Positions 49,016-58,705 of a DNA stretch of 64,000 bases are shown one piece after another. A program made the translations under genes and the position numbers. Within the stretch, counting starts at the first letter, position 1. Each line of letters opens with the position of its first letter. The notes under the pieces are model-generated. The model did not search any database and was not told the origin of the DNA. It saw only the letters and a program-made list of their open reading frames with translations. Source of the DNA: Promethearchaeia archaeon (GTDB lineage Archaea; Asgardarchaeota; Lokiarchaeia; Sigyniarchaeales; SOKP01); assembly GCA_029856125.1 (NCBI GenBank), contig JAHQWJ010000143.1, positions 17,325 through 81,324 on the forward strand, written 5' to 3'.

Positions 49016-49840
49016 TTATTTCGAGTTGGTTAATCTTTTTTCGCTTCTTTTTGTTAAGTATTTCTCCCAATTAAATGACAGTATAAATTGCATTATCGCA
49101 AGCGTGGTTAGTAACATAATAGATTCTGTTATGACACTTGAAATATCACTTACTTCTATTCCTGTTGCCGTAAAACCTAGTAAAATCAAAATTGGAAATG
49201 TGACGTAAAAAATCGTAGTTACATTTTTACCTGCCCAAGCCCATAATATGCAGCGTGGGAAATTTATTTTCTTTCCAGACATTCCTAAAGCTATCCAAAG
49301 TGGATCGTCAGGAATAGGAAGAGCTGCTGCAATAAATATATATAAATGCATAGACTTTGGATGATCTAGCACCAATTTACCAAATCCTTGTACGTTTTCA
49401 AGAGTCTTAGAGTGGGTTCGTTTAACAACTTTCTTTGCACCAATCCCAATCAAGAATCCAACAAGTTCACCAATTGCACTCCCAATGCCTCCTATTACTG
49501 CAATTATAAGTATTTCTAACCAAAAAGGTCCGTTCAAAAGAATTTCACCTAGCGCTAATCCAAGATTTGAATATTTGATGTAAATTGAATTAGAAAGCGA
49601 AAATAATATAAACGGGTAAGGTATTGGAAATCCAATGCTCGCATTTCCTATAAGACAGATGAAAAATGAGATAAGAAGCGCTAATAAATAATTAGATCCC
49701 TCTGTAAGTCCTGTTATCTCATTTCGGGATTTTATTATGGCGTTTTGAATATCTGGAACTGTTAGAAATAAGATTAAATATAATATAACTCCTAGGTAAA
49801 AAAAAGTAAATACTACAATTAATTTGTTAGAAATTGCCAT
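49016..49840 (-). CDS. DedA/VTT-like membrane protein
   Basis: GSAIGELVGFLIG, FIAAALPIPDD. Confidence 0.75.
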   Translation of the reverse strand: MAISNKLIVVFTFFYLGVILYLILFLTVPDIQNAIIKSRNEITGLTEGSNYLLALLISFFICLIGNASIGFPIPYPFILFSLSNSIYIKYSNLGLALGEILLNGPFWLEILIIAVIGGIGSAIGELVGFLIGIGAKKVVKRTHSKTLENVQGFGKLVLDHPKSMHLYIFIAAALPIPDDPLWIALGMSGKKINFPRCILWAWAGKNVTTIFYVTFPILILLGFTATGIEVSDISSVITESIMLLTTLAIMQFILSFNWEKYLTKRSEKRLTNSK

Positions 49841-49864
49841 CCTATACTCCTGAAATGTCTGATC

Positions 49865-50251
49865 TTACGATTTCATTTTAGATATTTTGGTATTCAAACC
49901 ATTATTCGCTTGCAGAAATAATTCGAGATTTTCAGTAACCTTTCCGATTTTATTTACTTTAGACTGTAATTCAGTACTTTCTAAAATAAATATTAATTCA
50001 TCAGATTTAGGGTTATAAATAATATCTCCTTTCTCTACATTTTTCTTAGATTTTGGATTAGGTCCCTTATAAATTTCAAGCCCTGGAAGAATCCAATAGA
50101 GTTTTGATCCAAAACTAAACCTTCCTCTTAGTACTATTGGTAACTTATTAATTATTGCATCAGCTGATAAGGGTGCGTTATATCTTATCATTTCACCAGT
50201 GATTGTGCCTATTCCAAAAAGATCTACTTTTATTTTCATAGACATTTTCAT
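49865..50251 (-). CDS. Cyclophilin-like fold protein (DUF369/DUF3830-like)
   Basis: APLSADAIINKLP, VEKGDIIYNP, VNKIGKV. Confidence 0.7.
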   Translation of the reverse strand: MKMSMKIKVDLFGIGTITGEMIRYNAPLSADAIINKLPIVLRGRFSFGSKLYWILPGLEIYKGPNPKSKKNVEKGDIIYNPKSDELIFILESTELQSKVNKIGKVTENLELFLQANNGLNTKISKMKS

Positions 50252-50324
50252 ATAGAACTTTTTTGTCTGTATCTTATTTCTGAGAGATAATATTGGATTA
50301 AATTAATATTTCTGGATCGCAATA

Positions 50325-50332
50325 TTTAAATA
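50325..50332 (+). promoter_or_regulatory. TATA-like box upstream of the candidate ncRNA
   Basis: TTTAAATA ending about 23 nt before the 5' terminal stem; could instead serve the divergent gene. Confidence 0.4.
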
Positions 50333-50354
50333 TTCTTTTTCCCATCTTACTATT

Positions 50355-50812
50355 TGGACAATAGTTTAAATCATTGGTTTTTGAAACGTAAGTGCAATTA
50401 AACAACGGAGTAGTTGTTGCCTTATTTTCTGGAATTTTTTTCACCCAGAGTTAATGTTAATACGTTGATTTCCAATCGGATTTATTTATTAATTTTTACA
50501 TGTTGCTTAATAATCATTTGTTATTGATTTTGGACGCTTTCAATTATTCTCACGTTGGAGCAATTATTTAGTAGAGAAAAGCAATTAAGTTGTAGTTAAT
50601 ATTTACCTATGGTAATTTGAAGCTGTTTTGCCTGATCTCTTGTAGAACGAATAAAATTTCTATCTGCTACACGTGACATTAAAACATGAAGGCCCTTGTT
50701 TAAAAATAGATTTATTGTCAATAGGGCTTTGATCCCAGATGCGATTCATTGGAACAAATAAGATGATCCATTGAAACAAGTTTTCTGTGATAATCGGAGC
50801 TGCTATTGTCCA
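50355..50812 (+). ncRNA. Candidate large structured non-coding RNA of unknown family (~458 nt)
   Basis: No ORF of 60 aa or more; ends TGGACAATAG / CTATTGTCCA are exact reverse complements; many nested hairpins with + strand G-U pairs. Confidence 0.65.
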
Positions 50813-51675
50813 CTTCTTTTATAGTACTTATTAACAAGTGTTAAATCGAGGGCAGTATCAATATCGTAGAAATTCAGATTTGATTTAACTCCGCATGCCA
50901 AAAATTCCATTTCATTTTTGATTGATGAGTTTACAGCATCAACCATTTTATTTAATTTTATCTTACTAGCAAGACTTTCAAAATTTTTCACATAATCATA
51001 AGTAATAATAAACATCGGGATAATCTGATTGAATTCTTCCTCATCTGAATATGAATTTATATTTCTCTGATATATTTCTGTGACGTACTGTTTTGAACCT
51101 TTTTCCTTCGTTCTTACGCAAGATAACATTTTATTATGTATTGGTCCAAATTTTTCGATCTCTTTATTTAATGCTAATTTGCTAGTTCTTCTGTAAAAAA
51201 TAATGGAATTCTGGTTTACTTTAGTGTAATTTTCTTTAACTAAATTTAAAATTTCTTCAATTAGTTTGTAGTCAAAAATTGTGTCTCCTGGAATAACTAG
51301 AAAAAGTTCATTGGTTTTAAAAACTCGTTTATTGCTGGTAATACTCAGAAAAGAATGCAAAGGACCTAACTTATATCGATTTCCAGCGCTGTTGATTATT
51401 ATCGTTTCGCTTTTGTATAGGTTTTTTGTTTGAGGTGAAATAATTTCTTCCTCAATTTGCTTACCTAAATATCCAGTTACTATTACAATTGATTTAATAC
51501 CAAATCGATATAACTGTGAAATTAGAATTGTAAGAATAGATTGATTCTTTAATGATTCGACTTTTATTAACGGCTTTGGGATATCATCCGCAATTCCTTT
51601 AGCGCGTTTCCCTTCACCTGCACATAGAATAACAATTGTGAGATTTTCCATAAAATTTGTATTAAGTGGTGACAA
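50803..51675 (-). CDS. NTP-transferase domain protein
   Basis: ILCAGEGKR...IPKPLI, PGD, YDIDT-x-x-D. Confidence 0.85.
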   Translation of the reverse strand: MSPLNTNFMENLTIVILCAGEGKRAKGIADDIPKPLIKVESLKNQSILTILISQLYRFGIKSIVIVTGYLGKQIEEEIISPQTKNLYKSETIIINSAGNRYKLGPLHSFLSITSNKRVFKTNELFLVIPGDTIFDYKLIEEILNLVKENYTKVNQNSIIFYRRTSKLALNKEIEKFGPIHNKMLSCVRTKEKGSKQYVTEIYQRNINSYSDEEEFNQIIPMFIITYDYVKNFESLASKIKLNKMVDAVNSSIKNEMEFLACGVKSNLNFYDIDTALDLTLVNKYYKRSGQ

Positions 51676-52606
51676 TTGAATTTCCGTCTAAATCTATTAG
51701 TATAGTATGCTCCTGTTGAGCAACTGGAGCGCCAGTCTTTTCTATTAAAAGAGGATAATGGTCTAATATTCTTTTTCTTATAAAAACTTCAATTATTTTT
51801 TGGATTTTGTTTTTTGGGATGATATTATGTTTTTCGATTAAACGTGGCGAAAACGGCAAGGAATGAGTAAGTTTTTCTATTTTATTCATGTAGTTTAATT
51901 CGTCATATGGGAGGTTTTTTTTGACTCTCTTCGCAAAACGATAAATATAAGATGTCTTACCGTTGACTACCAATCCTACACCAGAAGTTGCGAAAGGTTC
52001 ACAAGCGTAAACTTCACCAGGTTGTATAACTTTTTTGTGATTTAAATCTTTAAAGTTAGGAACAAATGGACCTGCATGCAGATTATACCGTTTCAACTCG
52101 TGACCGCCAAGATTAGTGATAGGCCTCAACCCTCGGTTTAGTATTTTTTCAGCAATCGCTTCTCCAATTTCGTATAATTTTGTTCCAGGCTTAAAAAGTT
52201 TAATTGCAGCATCAAGTGCTTCTGTAGCCGCATCAATATAGTTTTGCAGTTCTGGATCATTGTTTATATTAATAGTGATTGCAGAATCAGCAATATATCC
52301 ATCACTATGAGATCCTAAATCTATTTTTAACAATCCTCTATCAGGTAAAACTGTTGGATCGTCAATTGTTGGGCTATAATGGGCAGCATGATTATCAAGT
52401 GACATATTTATTGGAAATGATAATTCGCAGCCTTGATTGGTAATTTCGTCTTCACATTTATTCGCAACTTCTAAAAAAGTCACTCCGGGTTTAATTAAGG
52501 TTCTGACTAATTCTTTAGCAGCTTTTACTGCTTTACCCGCTTTTATATAAGATTCGATACAATTATCATCCATGATCTTGTAAAATGATTTATTATAAAT
52601 ATTCAA
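51662..52606 (-). CDS. map: Methionine aminopeptidase type II
   Basis: AAHYSP, KIDLG-x-H-x-DGYIADSA, GGH...LHAG, EPFAT, QQEHT. Confidence 0.96.
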   Translation of the reverse strand: MNIYNKSFYKIMDDNCIESYIKAGKAVKAAKELVRTLIKPGVTFLEVANKCEDEITNQGCELSFPINMSLDNHAAHYSPTIDDPTVLPDRGLLKIDLGSHSDGYIADSAITININNDPELQNYIDAATEALDAAIKLFKPGTKLYEIGEAIAEKILNRGLRPITNLGGHELKRYNLHAGPFVPNFKDLNHKKVIQPGEVYACEPFATSGVGLVVNGKTSYIYRFAKRVKKNLPYDELNYMNKIEKLTHSLPFSPRLIEKHNIIPKNKIQKIIEVFIRKRILDHYPLLIEKTGAPVAQQEHTILIDLDGNSIVTT

Positions 52607-52611
52607 TTAAA

Positions 52612-53934
52612 TTAAGGGGTCAATCTTTCAGGAGTTCTAGGGTACATTACCGCTTCTCTAATATCATCCAGTCCACATAAAACTGTTAGCCATCTAGCTA
52701 TTCCTAAGCCGAAGCCAGCATGAGGAGGCATTCCAAAATCAAAAGTTCTAAGATGGGATTCAAAAGCAAGTGGATTAAGCCCCTTATCTTCGAGTGCCTG
52801 TACTAATTGTACTTTATTATGGACTCTTGTACCACCAGAAGTCAATTCTAACCAACCTTTTTGTAAATCAAATGATTCGCTAAATTTTGGATTTTTTGAT
52901 GGCATAATGTAAAATGGTTTTATTGCCATCGGCCAGTGTGTTATATAGTAATAACCGGGTATTTCCTGACCGAGTTTTCTATTAGCTTCCGTTGATAAAT
53001 CTTCACCCCATTCTATCTTTAAATTAAGTTTAGTATTCAATAGATCAAGTAATTCCTCATAGGTATATCTTGGAAACGGGATTTCTGGGACGACTGTCTT
53101 ATCTTCCATACCTAATAGCTTTAAAGCAGGCATCTGTTTGTCTCGAATGCCGATAATAACATTTTGAACTAATTCTTCTAATACTTCTAAAACATCGTTC
53201 ATATCAGCGAAAGCAATTTCCATATCCAACTGCACTATTTCACATAAATGGCGTTTTGTATGGCTTTTCTCAGCTCTAAAGCTTGGACCTATCTCAAATA
53301 CTCTCTCATATACACCGCTCAATTGTTCTTTATATAATTGGGCAGATTGAGTAAGAAAAGCTTCTCTATCAAAATACATAATTGGAAATAGTTCTGTTCC
53401 TCCTTCAGTAGCTGAACCAATAATTTTAGGTGTGTAAATTTCTTTAAAATCGTGATCATGTAAAAAACTTCTCGCAGAATTTAGAATTTCCCCTCTAATA
53501 GCAAAAACCGCTTGATTTCTTACTGATCTAAGGTCTAGCGCTCTATTATTTAGCCTTAAATCTAATTCAGTAGTGGTTTCTCCCGTCATATCGATTGGTA
53601 ATTTTTCAGGAGTTTTGTTTAAAATCTTTATTTCGATAGGGATAATTTCGATGCCACCAGGAGCTTTTTCAAAACGTTTAACTGTTCCTTTTACCATAAT
53701 GCAATATTGGTATCCTACTTTAGCTTTTTCGAAAATCTCATCAGATACTATACCTTTTTTCAAGGTAATTTGACGTTCTCCGTAAACATCTTGAAGCGTT
53801 ATAAACCTCAAACCACCTAAATCACGATAATTTCTAACCCAACCACCTAAAATTACCTCTTCCTCAACTAAATCCAAAGTAACGTCTTTGGTATAATGAG
53901 TTTTTCTCCATCCATCCATCTCTTCAGTTGACAT
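52612..53934 (-). CDS. aspS: Aspartate-tRNA ligase (archaeal, probably non-discriminating)
   Basis: RDLGG, ATEGGTELF, FRAE, GMPPHAGFGLG; Pro in KAPGG suggests the non-discriminating type. Confidence 0.96.
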   Translation of the reverse strand: MSTEEMDGWRKTHYTKDVTLDLVEEEVILGGWVRNYRDLGGLRFITLQDVYGERQITLKKGIVSDEIFEKAKVGYQYCIMVKGTVKRFEKAPGGIEIIPIEIKILNKTPEKLPIDMTGETTTELDLRLNNRALDLRSVRNQAVFAIRGEILNSARSFLHDHDFKEIYTPKIIGSATEGGTELFPIMYFDREAFLTQSAQLYKEQLSGVYERVFEIGPSFRAEKSHTKRHLCEIVQLDMEIAFADMNDVLEVLEELVQNVIIGIRDKQMPALKLLGMEDKTVVPEIPFPRYTYEELLDLLNTKLNLKIEWGEDLSTEANRKLGQEIPGYYYITHWPMAIKPFYIMPSKNPKFSESFDLQKGWLELTSGGTRVHNKVQLVQALEDKGLNPLAFESHLRTFDFGMPPHAGFGLGIARWLTVLCGLDDIREAVMYPRTPERLTP

Positions 53935-54022
53935 GGTTTCGTGTTTTATTATTAATTACTTAAAATTATATTTGAAAAGGAAAATAAGAATAAATTTTTT
54001 GCCTTCTTAATTACGATTAATA

Positions 54023-55564
54023 ATGCCAAAACTATATTGGGAAAAAAAAGATGAAAATCACACTCAAAAATCAAATTATTCTCAGGATGAATTCCAGGTC
54101 TGCGAGTTAATAAAAAACCCTATCATAAGCAGCCTTGCTTCTGATAATGTTATATCAAAAAACAAGCGATCAAGGAACCAGAAACAAGAAAAAGGTTCTA
54201 CCACTTGGAAAAACTTATTAATTTGGGGCGAAAATAAAAGTATCATGGGATCGCTGATTCCAAAGTTTTCAAACAAGATTAATCTAATATATATAGATCC
54301 ACCATATGCAACAGGGAGTAATTTTGAGTCAAAAATGTTTATCGGGGAGAGTAACACATTCGAGAAGAAAAAAGCGTACTCTGATATATGGGAGAGGGGA
54401 ATTGACGAGTATATTGATTATCTTTACGATAGATTAGTGCTAATGAAGAATCTTCTTTCTGAAAATGGAAGTATTTATGTTCATTTAGATTGGCATGTTT
54501 CGCATTACATTAAAGTAATATTGGACGAGGTTTTTGGAAAAGAAAATTTTAGAAACGAGATCGTCTGGGCTTATCCCGCCGCATCAGCGAAAACAAGAAA
54601 ATTTTTTATTCGATCGTTTGACTCTATATTATTTTATACTAAATCAAGGGAATATACTTTCAACGACGATCCTGGAATCTACATGGAATATTCTGATCGA
54701 GTTAAGTTTGCATTGAAAGAAGACGATAAAGGAATGTTCTACTATAGGGGTGGAAGTCACAATGGTAAAAAACTTTCGCAAAAAGTTTATGTCACAAATA
54801 AAGGTATCTTTCCTCGTGATGTTTGGACAGATATTCCTTATATTAGAGCAAATACATTGGAATATCAGGCATTTTCTACTCAAAAACCAGAACGGCTTTT
54901 GAAGAGAATTATACTCGCGTCTTCAAATAGAAACGATATTGTAGCTGATTTTTTCTGTGGCACTGGAACATCTTTAAGCGTTGCGGAAAAACTTGGTAGA
55001 CGATGGATTGGTTCAGACATCGCAAACCAGGCCATAAATATTAGCCGCAAGAGAATACTTGATGTGTGGAATAGCAACGATTTGATAGATTGGAAAAAAA
55101 AATATGAAAGAAGATCTCAGCCCTTCAAAATCATGAGAACTAATGATTATACACAAGCAGTAAATATATACAAAGATTTCCTCGTTGAAAATATACAAAA
55201 GAAGGATAAGATTTCTTTAATCCAAGAAACCAAATTCGTTGTTAATATATCAGAAAAAGACTCTATGATAACGGTTGATCTAGTAGATTATATCGTTCCA
55301 AATTTAATGTTAATTAAAGATAGTATTAAAAATAGAATAAAGATGTTCTCAGATTGGATAGATAGCTGGTCTATTGATTTTAACTATCAAGAACATAGTT
55401 TTACCACGGCTTGGATTTCATATCGAACTCTGAAAAATCGTAAATTGGACTTAACATCAATTCCATATAACTACGAGGAGAAAGGGAAACACAAAATTTC
55501 TATAAAAGTAAACGATATTCTTGGTATTGAAACCGTTCAAGATTACGAAGTAGTTATTTCCTAA
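54023..55564 (+). CDS. Amino-DNA methyltransferase (beta class, type III Mod-like), orphan
   Basis: IYIDPPY, TQKPERLL-x-RII, DFFCGTGT. Confidence 0.92.
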   Translation: MPKLYWEKKDENHTQKSNYSQDEFQVCELIKNPIISSLASDNVISKNKRSRNQKQEKGSTTWKNLLIWGENKSIMGSLIPKFSNKINLIYIDPPYATGSNFESKMFIGESNTFEKKKAYSDIWERGIDEYIDYLYDRLVLMKNLLSENGSIYVHLDWHVSHYIKVILDEVFGKENFRNEIVWAYPAASAKTRKFFIRSFDSILFYTKSREYTFNDDPGIYMEYSDRVKFALKEDDKGMFYYRGGSHNGKKLSQKVYVTNKGIFPRDVWTDIPYIRANTLEYQAFSTQKPERLLKRIILASSNRNDIVADFFCGTGTSLSVAEKLGRRWIGSDIANQAINISRKRILDVWNSNDLIDWKKKYERRSQPFKIMRTNDYTQAVNIYKDFLVENIQKKDKISLIQETKFVVNISEKDSMITVDLVDYIVPNLMLIKDSIKNRIKMFSDWIDSWSIDFNYQEHSFTTAWISYRTLKNRKLDLTSIPYNYEEKGKHKISIKVNDILGIETVQDYEVVIS

Positions 55565-55568
55565 TATC

Positions 55569-56954
55569 TTATTTTACTATTTCGCGTAGAAGTAATGTAG
55601 CATAAGAGCCTTTCTGAAGAGAAAATTCTATTTTCATCTTGTATCTATCTGGGAAAAGATCGTCGCTAGAATATTCGAGGTTTTTTAAACCTATAGGTTT
55701 TACCATTATTGGTCTAAAAGAACCCTTAAATTCATACATTTCTAACAGTCTATTTTTAAATAAATTTAAAGAGATGCGATCGTTCTTAATAACCTCTAAA
55801 AATAAGGATTTCATGTAAGGAAAATCGCCAAGATCTGTATTATATCCTACTAGAGGGGCTATGATTTTTGCGCGATTAAGTTTTCTCGCCTCCTGTAGAT
55901 ACTCATCGTAGCGTCCACCGTATGTGTGTTTTATTTGTGTAATATTACCATTTTCTTCGTCTAGTATACAAATGACATCACCTTTTACAGGATGATATAA
56001 AGAATTCCCTTGCTGAACGCGTAAAGACACCATTTTATTGAATAAGTAAGATTGGAACGAACTAATAAGTAATTTGAAGAGATACTTTGGTAGTTGGTTA
56101 ATAGCGCCCTCATAATCCCCGGGATTATCTAACAAGTATTTGATCATAGTTCTCTCATACCCAAGACTTGTAGGAAAAGAGTTGAGCGCTTTTTCTAGAT
56201 CGCCCGTCTTTGCTAAATCTGCCCTAACTTTTTGAGATTGAGGTAATTCTGTGGAGTAATCTTTTATCACAAACTCCTCATAAGCCTTTTTAAACTGGCT
56301 TTCTAAAATGAATCTTCCAATTATATGAGAATTCGGTCTAAAAGTACCAAATCGCTGAAGCCCGTAATAGTTTGCAAAACCGTGATCACCCAGATATCTA
56401 AATAACTCTTCAATTTTATTCATTTGATCAGGCTTGTGTTTGATATTTCTTAAAGTTATAACAAATTGATTCCCCCAATTATATCCTAATTTAACAGGAT
56501 TCTTTGAAGGATATATGTTTCTAATATAAATATCGTTCAACTTTAAGTTCTTCAATTTTTCAACATAATTACCTCGAATGGAAGCCATTTGAACACTAAT
56601 AGATCGTTTATCTTTTAATCCGGCATATCCAATCGATTTTGGTAGAATACCTAAGGCTTTACTAATTAATCTTACTGCTTCAAATGTATCCTTATTAATT
56701 TTTATTAAATTGAAAAGTGTATAATTATCTTTGTTATCTTCAGAAAAATAAGTTGGGCCAAAATCCTCTTTTATTTCAAGAACTCTTCCAGAATAGGTTA
56801 TCTCCCTGACAATAAAATCTTTATAACGTTTTTTAATTCTAGCTTGAATACCTTCATATCCAGAAGAAGAAAAAACTTCGATTCCTACAATTTTTTCTAT
56901 CTTTCTCTTACTAGTGTTTTCAGATCCTATTGAGGCAATATTTTCTTCGTCCAA
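55569..56954 (-). CDS. truD: tRNA pseudouridine(13) synthase TruD/Pus7
   Basis: DFIVRE, YAGLKDKR, GNQF-x-I, NYYGLQRFG, KGSYAT. Confidence 0.96.
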   Translation of the reverse strand: MDEENIASIGSENTSKRKIEKIVGIEVFSSSGYEGIQARIKKRYKDFIVREITYSGRVLEIKEDFGPTYFSEDNKDNYTLFNLIKINKDTFEAVRLISKALGILPKSIGYAGLKDKRSISVQMASIRGNYVEKLKNLKLNDIYIRNIYPSKNPVKLGYNWGNQFVITLRNIKHKPDQMNKIEELFRYLGDHGFANYYGLQRFGTFRPNSHIIGRFILESQFKKAYEEFVIKDYSTELPQSQKVRADLAKTGDLEKALNSFPTSLGYERTMIKYLLDNPGDYEGAINQLPKYLFKLLISSFQSYLFNKMVSLRVQQGNSLYHPVKGDVICILDEENGNITQIKHTYGGRYDEYLQEARKLNRAKIIAPLVGYNTDLGDFPYMKSLFLEVIKNDRISLNLFKNRLLEMYEFKGSFRPIMVKPIGLKNLEYSSDDLFPDRYKMKIEFSLQKGSYATLLLREIVK

Positions 56955-56978
56955 TTCATCCAGCCTATAAATGTTAAA

Positions 56979-57335
56979 TTAAAGTAGCTTCAATTCCCCA
57001 GTGATTTTATCTAAAGTAGTTGTTAATGCAGGTCCAATTCCTAACGCTGTCGTTGTCCCAGGGGATAACTGCGTCAATCCAGCGTCTTTAACTAAAAAGT
57101 AGGGTATTTTGGCTTTGCCTAATTTTTGAATAATTTCGCTTAAATCCTCTGTGCTAGAAACTTTCAGCACCACTTTCTTCTGTCCAGCGTTTTTCCATTT
57201 CTTCCATGCATCTTTATTTTTTACTCTGACGATGTCTGCTGAGGAAACTGAAGCGTGACACGATTGCGCACATTTCTTACCGGTGCCCATCTTCAAATCA
57301 GTCCTTATTAAAATAACTTGTTTATATTCATTCAC
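56979..57335 (-). CDS. pth2: Peptidyl-tRNA hydrolase Pth2
   Basis: [16 protein letters not shown]-x-x-AQ-x-x-HA, KKVVLKV, DAGLTQ, LGIGP. Confidence 0.96.
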   Translation of the reverse strand: MNEYKQVILIRTDLKMGTGKKCAQSCHASVSSADIVRVKNKDAWKKWKNAGQKKVVLKVSSTEDLSEIIQKLGKAKIPYFLVKDAGLTQLSPGTTTALGIGPALTTTLDKITGELKLL

Positions 57336-57385
57336 AATTCATTAAACCTGTTTAAATAAGAAATTAAGATAGAATGCTCTAAAAA

Positions 57386-57895
57386 CTATTGAAATTCAAT
57401 GCGAATTGTATTACCGGTGAGTTCGTAGATTAATTCTTCAAGCTCCTCTTTAGTAAATAAGATCGCGTTTTGGTCACTCTTATTCAAAACTCCTTTAAAT
57501 TCAATATCTCCTGTCGCTAAAAATATCTCGTTTAAAGAATTTAATTTATTCGGTGCTATCAAATTTTCTAACACAGCTCTAGGATTTTTAGTCTGCTCGA
57601 TTAATATTAATTCGTCCATTTTGTACGTTTCTTTTAACCAGTCAATAAGTTTCTGAGTTATTTTGAGCTTATCTTTTTTACCGATTACAAAAATTACTAC
57701 ATCTTCGAAATCAATTGCTTTATAAAAAGATATATTTTTTAAAAAACTAAACTGGTCTTCCTCCTCCAAAACAAGCAAATCCTTAGCTAAATCTAACTCA
57801 AATTGAGTAAGAACATCTGTATCTAGTTTTTCTTGGCAACTAGAACATAAAAATCCGGAATTTACACATGTTTTACACGCAGGAAGATCTTTCAT
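57386..57895 (-). CDS. Archaeal NusA-like KH/zinc-finger protein
   Basis: N-terminal C-x2-C-x2-SG-x-LC-x2-C, typical of this archaeal family. Confidence 0.7.
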   Translation of the reverse strand: MKDLPACKTCVNSGFLCSSCQEKLDTDVLTQFELDLAKDLLVLEEEDQFSFLKNISFYKAIDFEDVVIFVIGKKDKLKITQKLIDWLKETYKMDELILIEQTKNPRAVLENLIAPNKLNSLNEIFLATGDIEFKGVLNKSDQNAILFTKEELEELIYELTGNTIRIEFQ

Positions 57896-57928
57896 TTATT
57901 TAATACCATTAAATCAATTAATAGCCAT

Positions 57929-58123
57929 TTATAACTCGATTAAATCACAACTTAACCCTCTAACTAACCTATCAGCAGTTGTAGGGTCAGTTTTATACGT
58001 GTAAAGATGCTTCTTTGTCCTTAGTTTCAACTTTACAACGTCTTTAACTCTCTTAACGCGACAATGGATCGCAAGCTCTGCTAATTCTAAGAACTTCTCT
58101 TCGTCAAATATCTCTTTCGGCAT
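57929..58123 (-). CDS. rpl38e: 50S ribosomal protein L38e
   Basis: MPKEI...F...VKLKLRT-x-x-HLYT matches the eL38 pattern. Confidence 0.88.
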   Translation of the reverse strand: MPKEIFDEEKFLELAELAIHCRVKRVKDVVKLKLRTKKHLYTYKTDPTTADRLVRGLSCDLIEL

Positions 58124-58369
58124 ATTCTTTCAATTAACTATGAATTTTTACTTACTTTAAGTTTAATCATAAAATTATTTATAAAATTTTAATTTTTACT
58201 TTATTTCTCTATATTTCTATCCTCTATCAAAAAATTTTTTAGCTTTCAATTGTTTTTCAATTTATTCTTTAGTTGAAACTTGTATTACTACTAAAATAAG
58301 TTCAAAAAGAAAAACACTTAAAGAATTAAAAAACACGCAATAACGATTGGAAGCAAAGGAGATTATGTT

Positions 58370-58531
58370 ATGCCCATTGATGACCCCTACAAAAGAAAAA
58401 TAGCTAGACACCACCTTCTGATGAAGACGGTTTGCAGAAAATGTGGAGCATTGAACCCCCTCAAAGCTAAAAAATGTCGTAGATGCAGATCTAAAGATTT
58501 GAGACTCAAGAAAAGAGACCTTCAAAAATAA
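58370..58531 (+). CDS. rpl40e: 50S ribosomal protein L40e (53 aa, not in ORF track)
   Basis: [28 protein letters not shown]; GGAG SD upstream. Confidence 0.95.
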   Translation: MPIDDPYKRKIARHHLLMKTVCRKCGALNPLKAKKCRRCRSKDLRLKKRDLQK

Positions 58532-58705
58532 AGAAAAAAATGCATCTAGTTCTTATAAAAATCAATTCCTACCCCTAATATTTTATAGGCTTACCCCTTC
58601 GCGATTCAAAAAGTATAATTTCCGTAAACTTTTTTAATTTTATGACTTAGAGATCATTATATAATTAATAATAATTTTAAAAAAACAAAATAGTGTGAAT
58701 TTAAT

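Noticed and set aside
50355-50812. Naming the structured region as RNase P RNA, SRP RNA, tmRNA or a MITE
   Set aside because: Universal RNase P and SRP motifs were not found by eye; there is no T-loop-like 3' domain despite the CCA end; no target-site duplication or second copy is visible. A covariance-model search is still needed.
58262-58525. Tracked 87-aa minus-strand ORF
   Set aside because: Antisense shadow of the rpl40e gene at 58370-58531.
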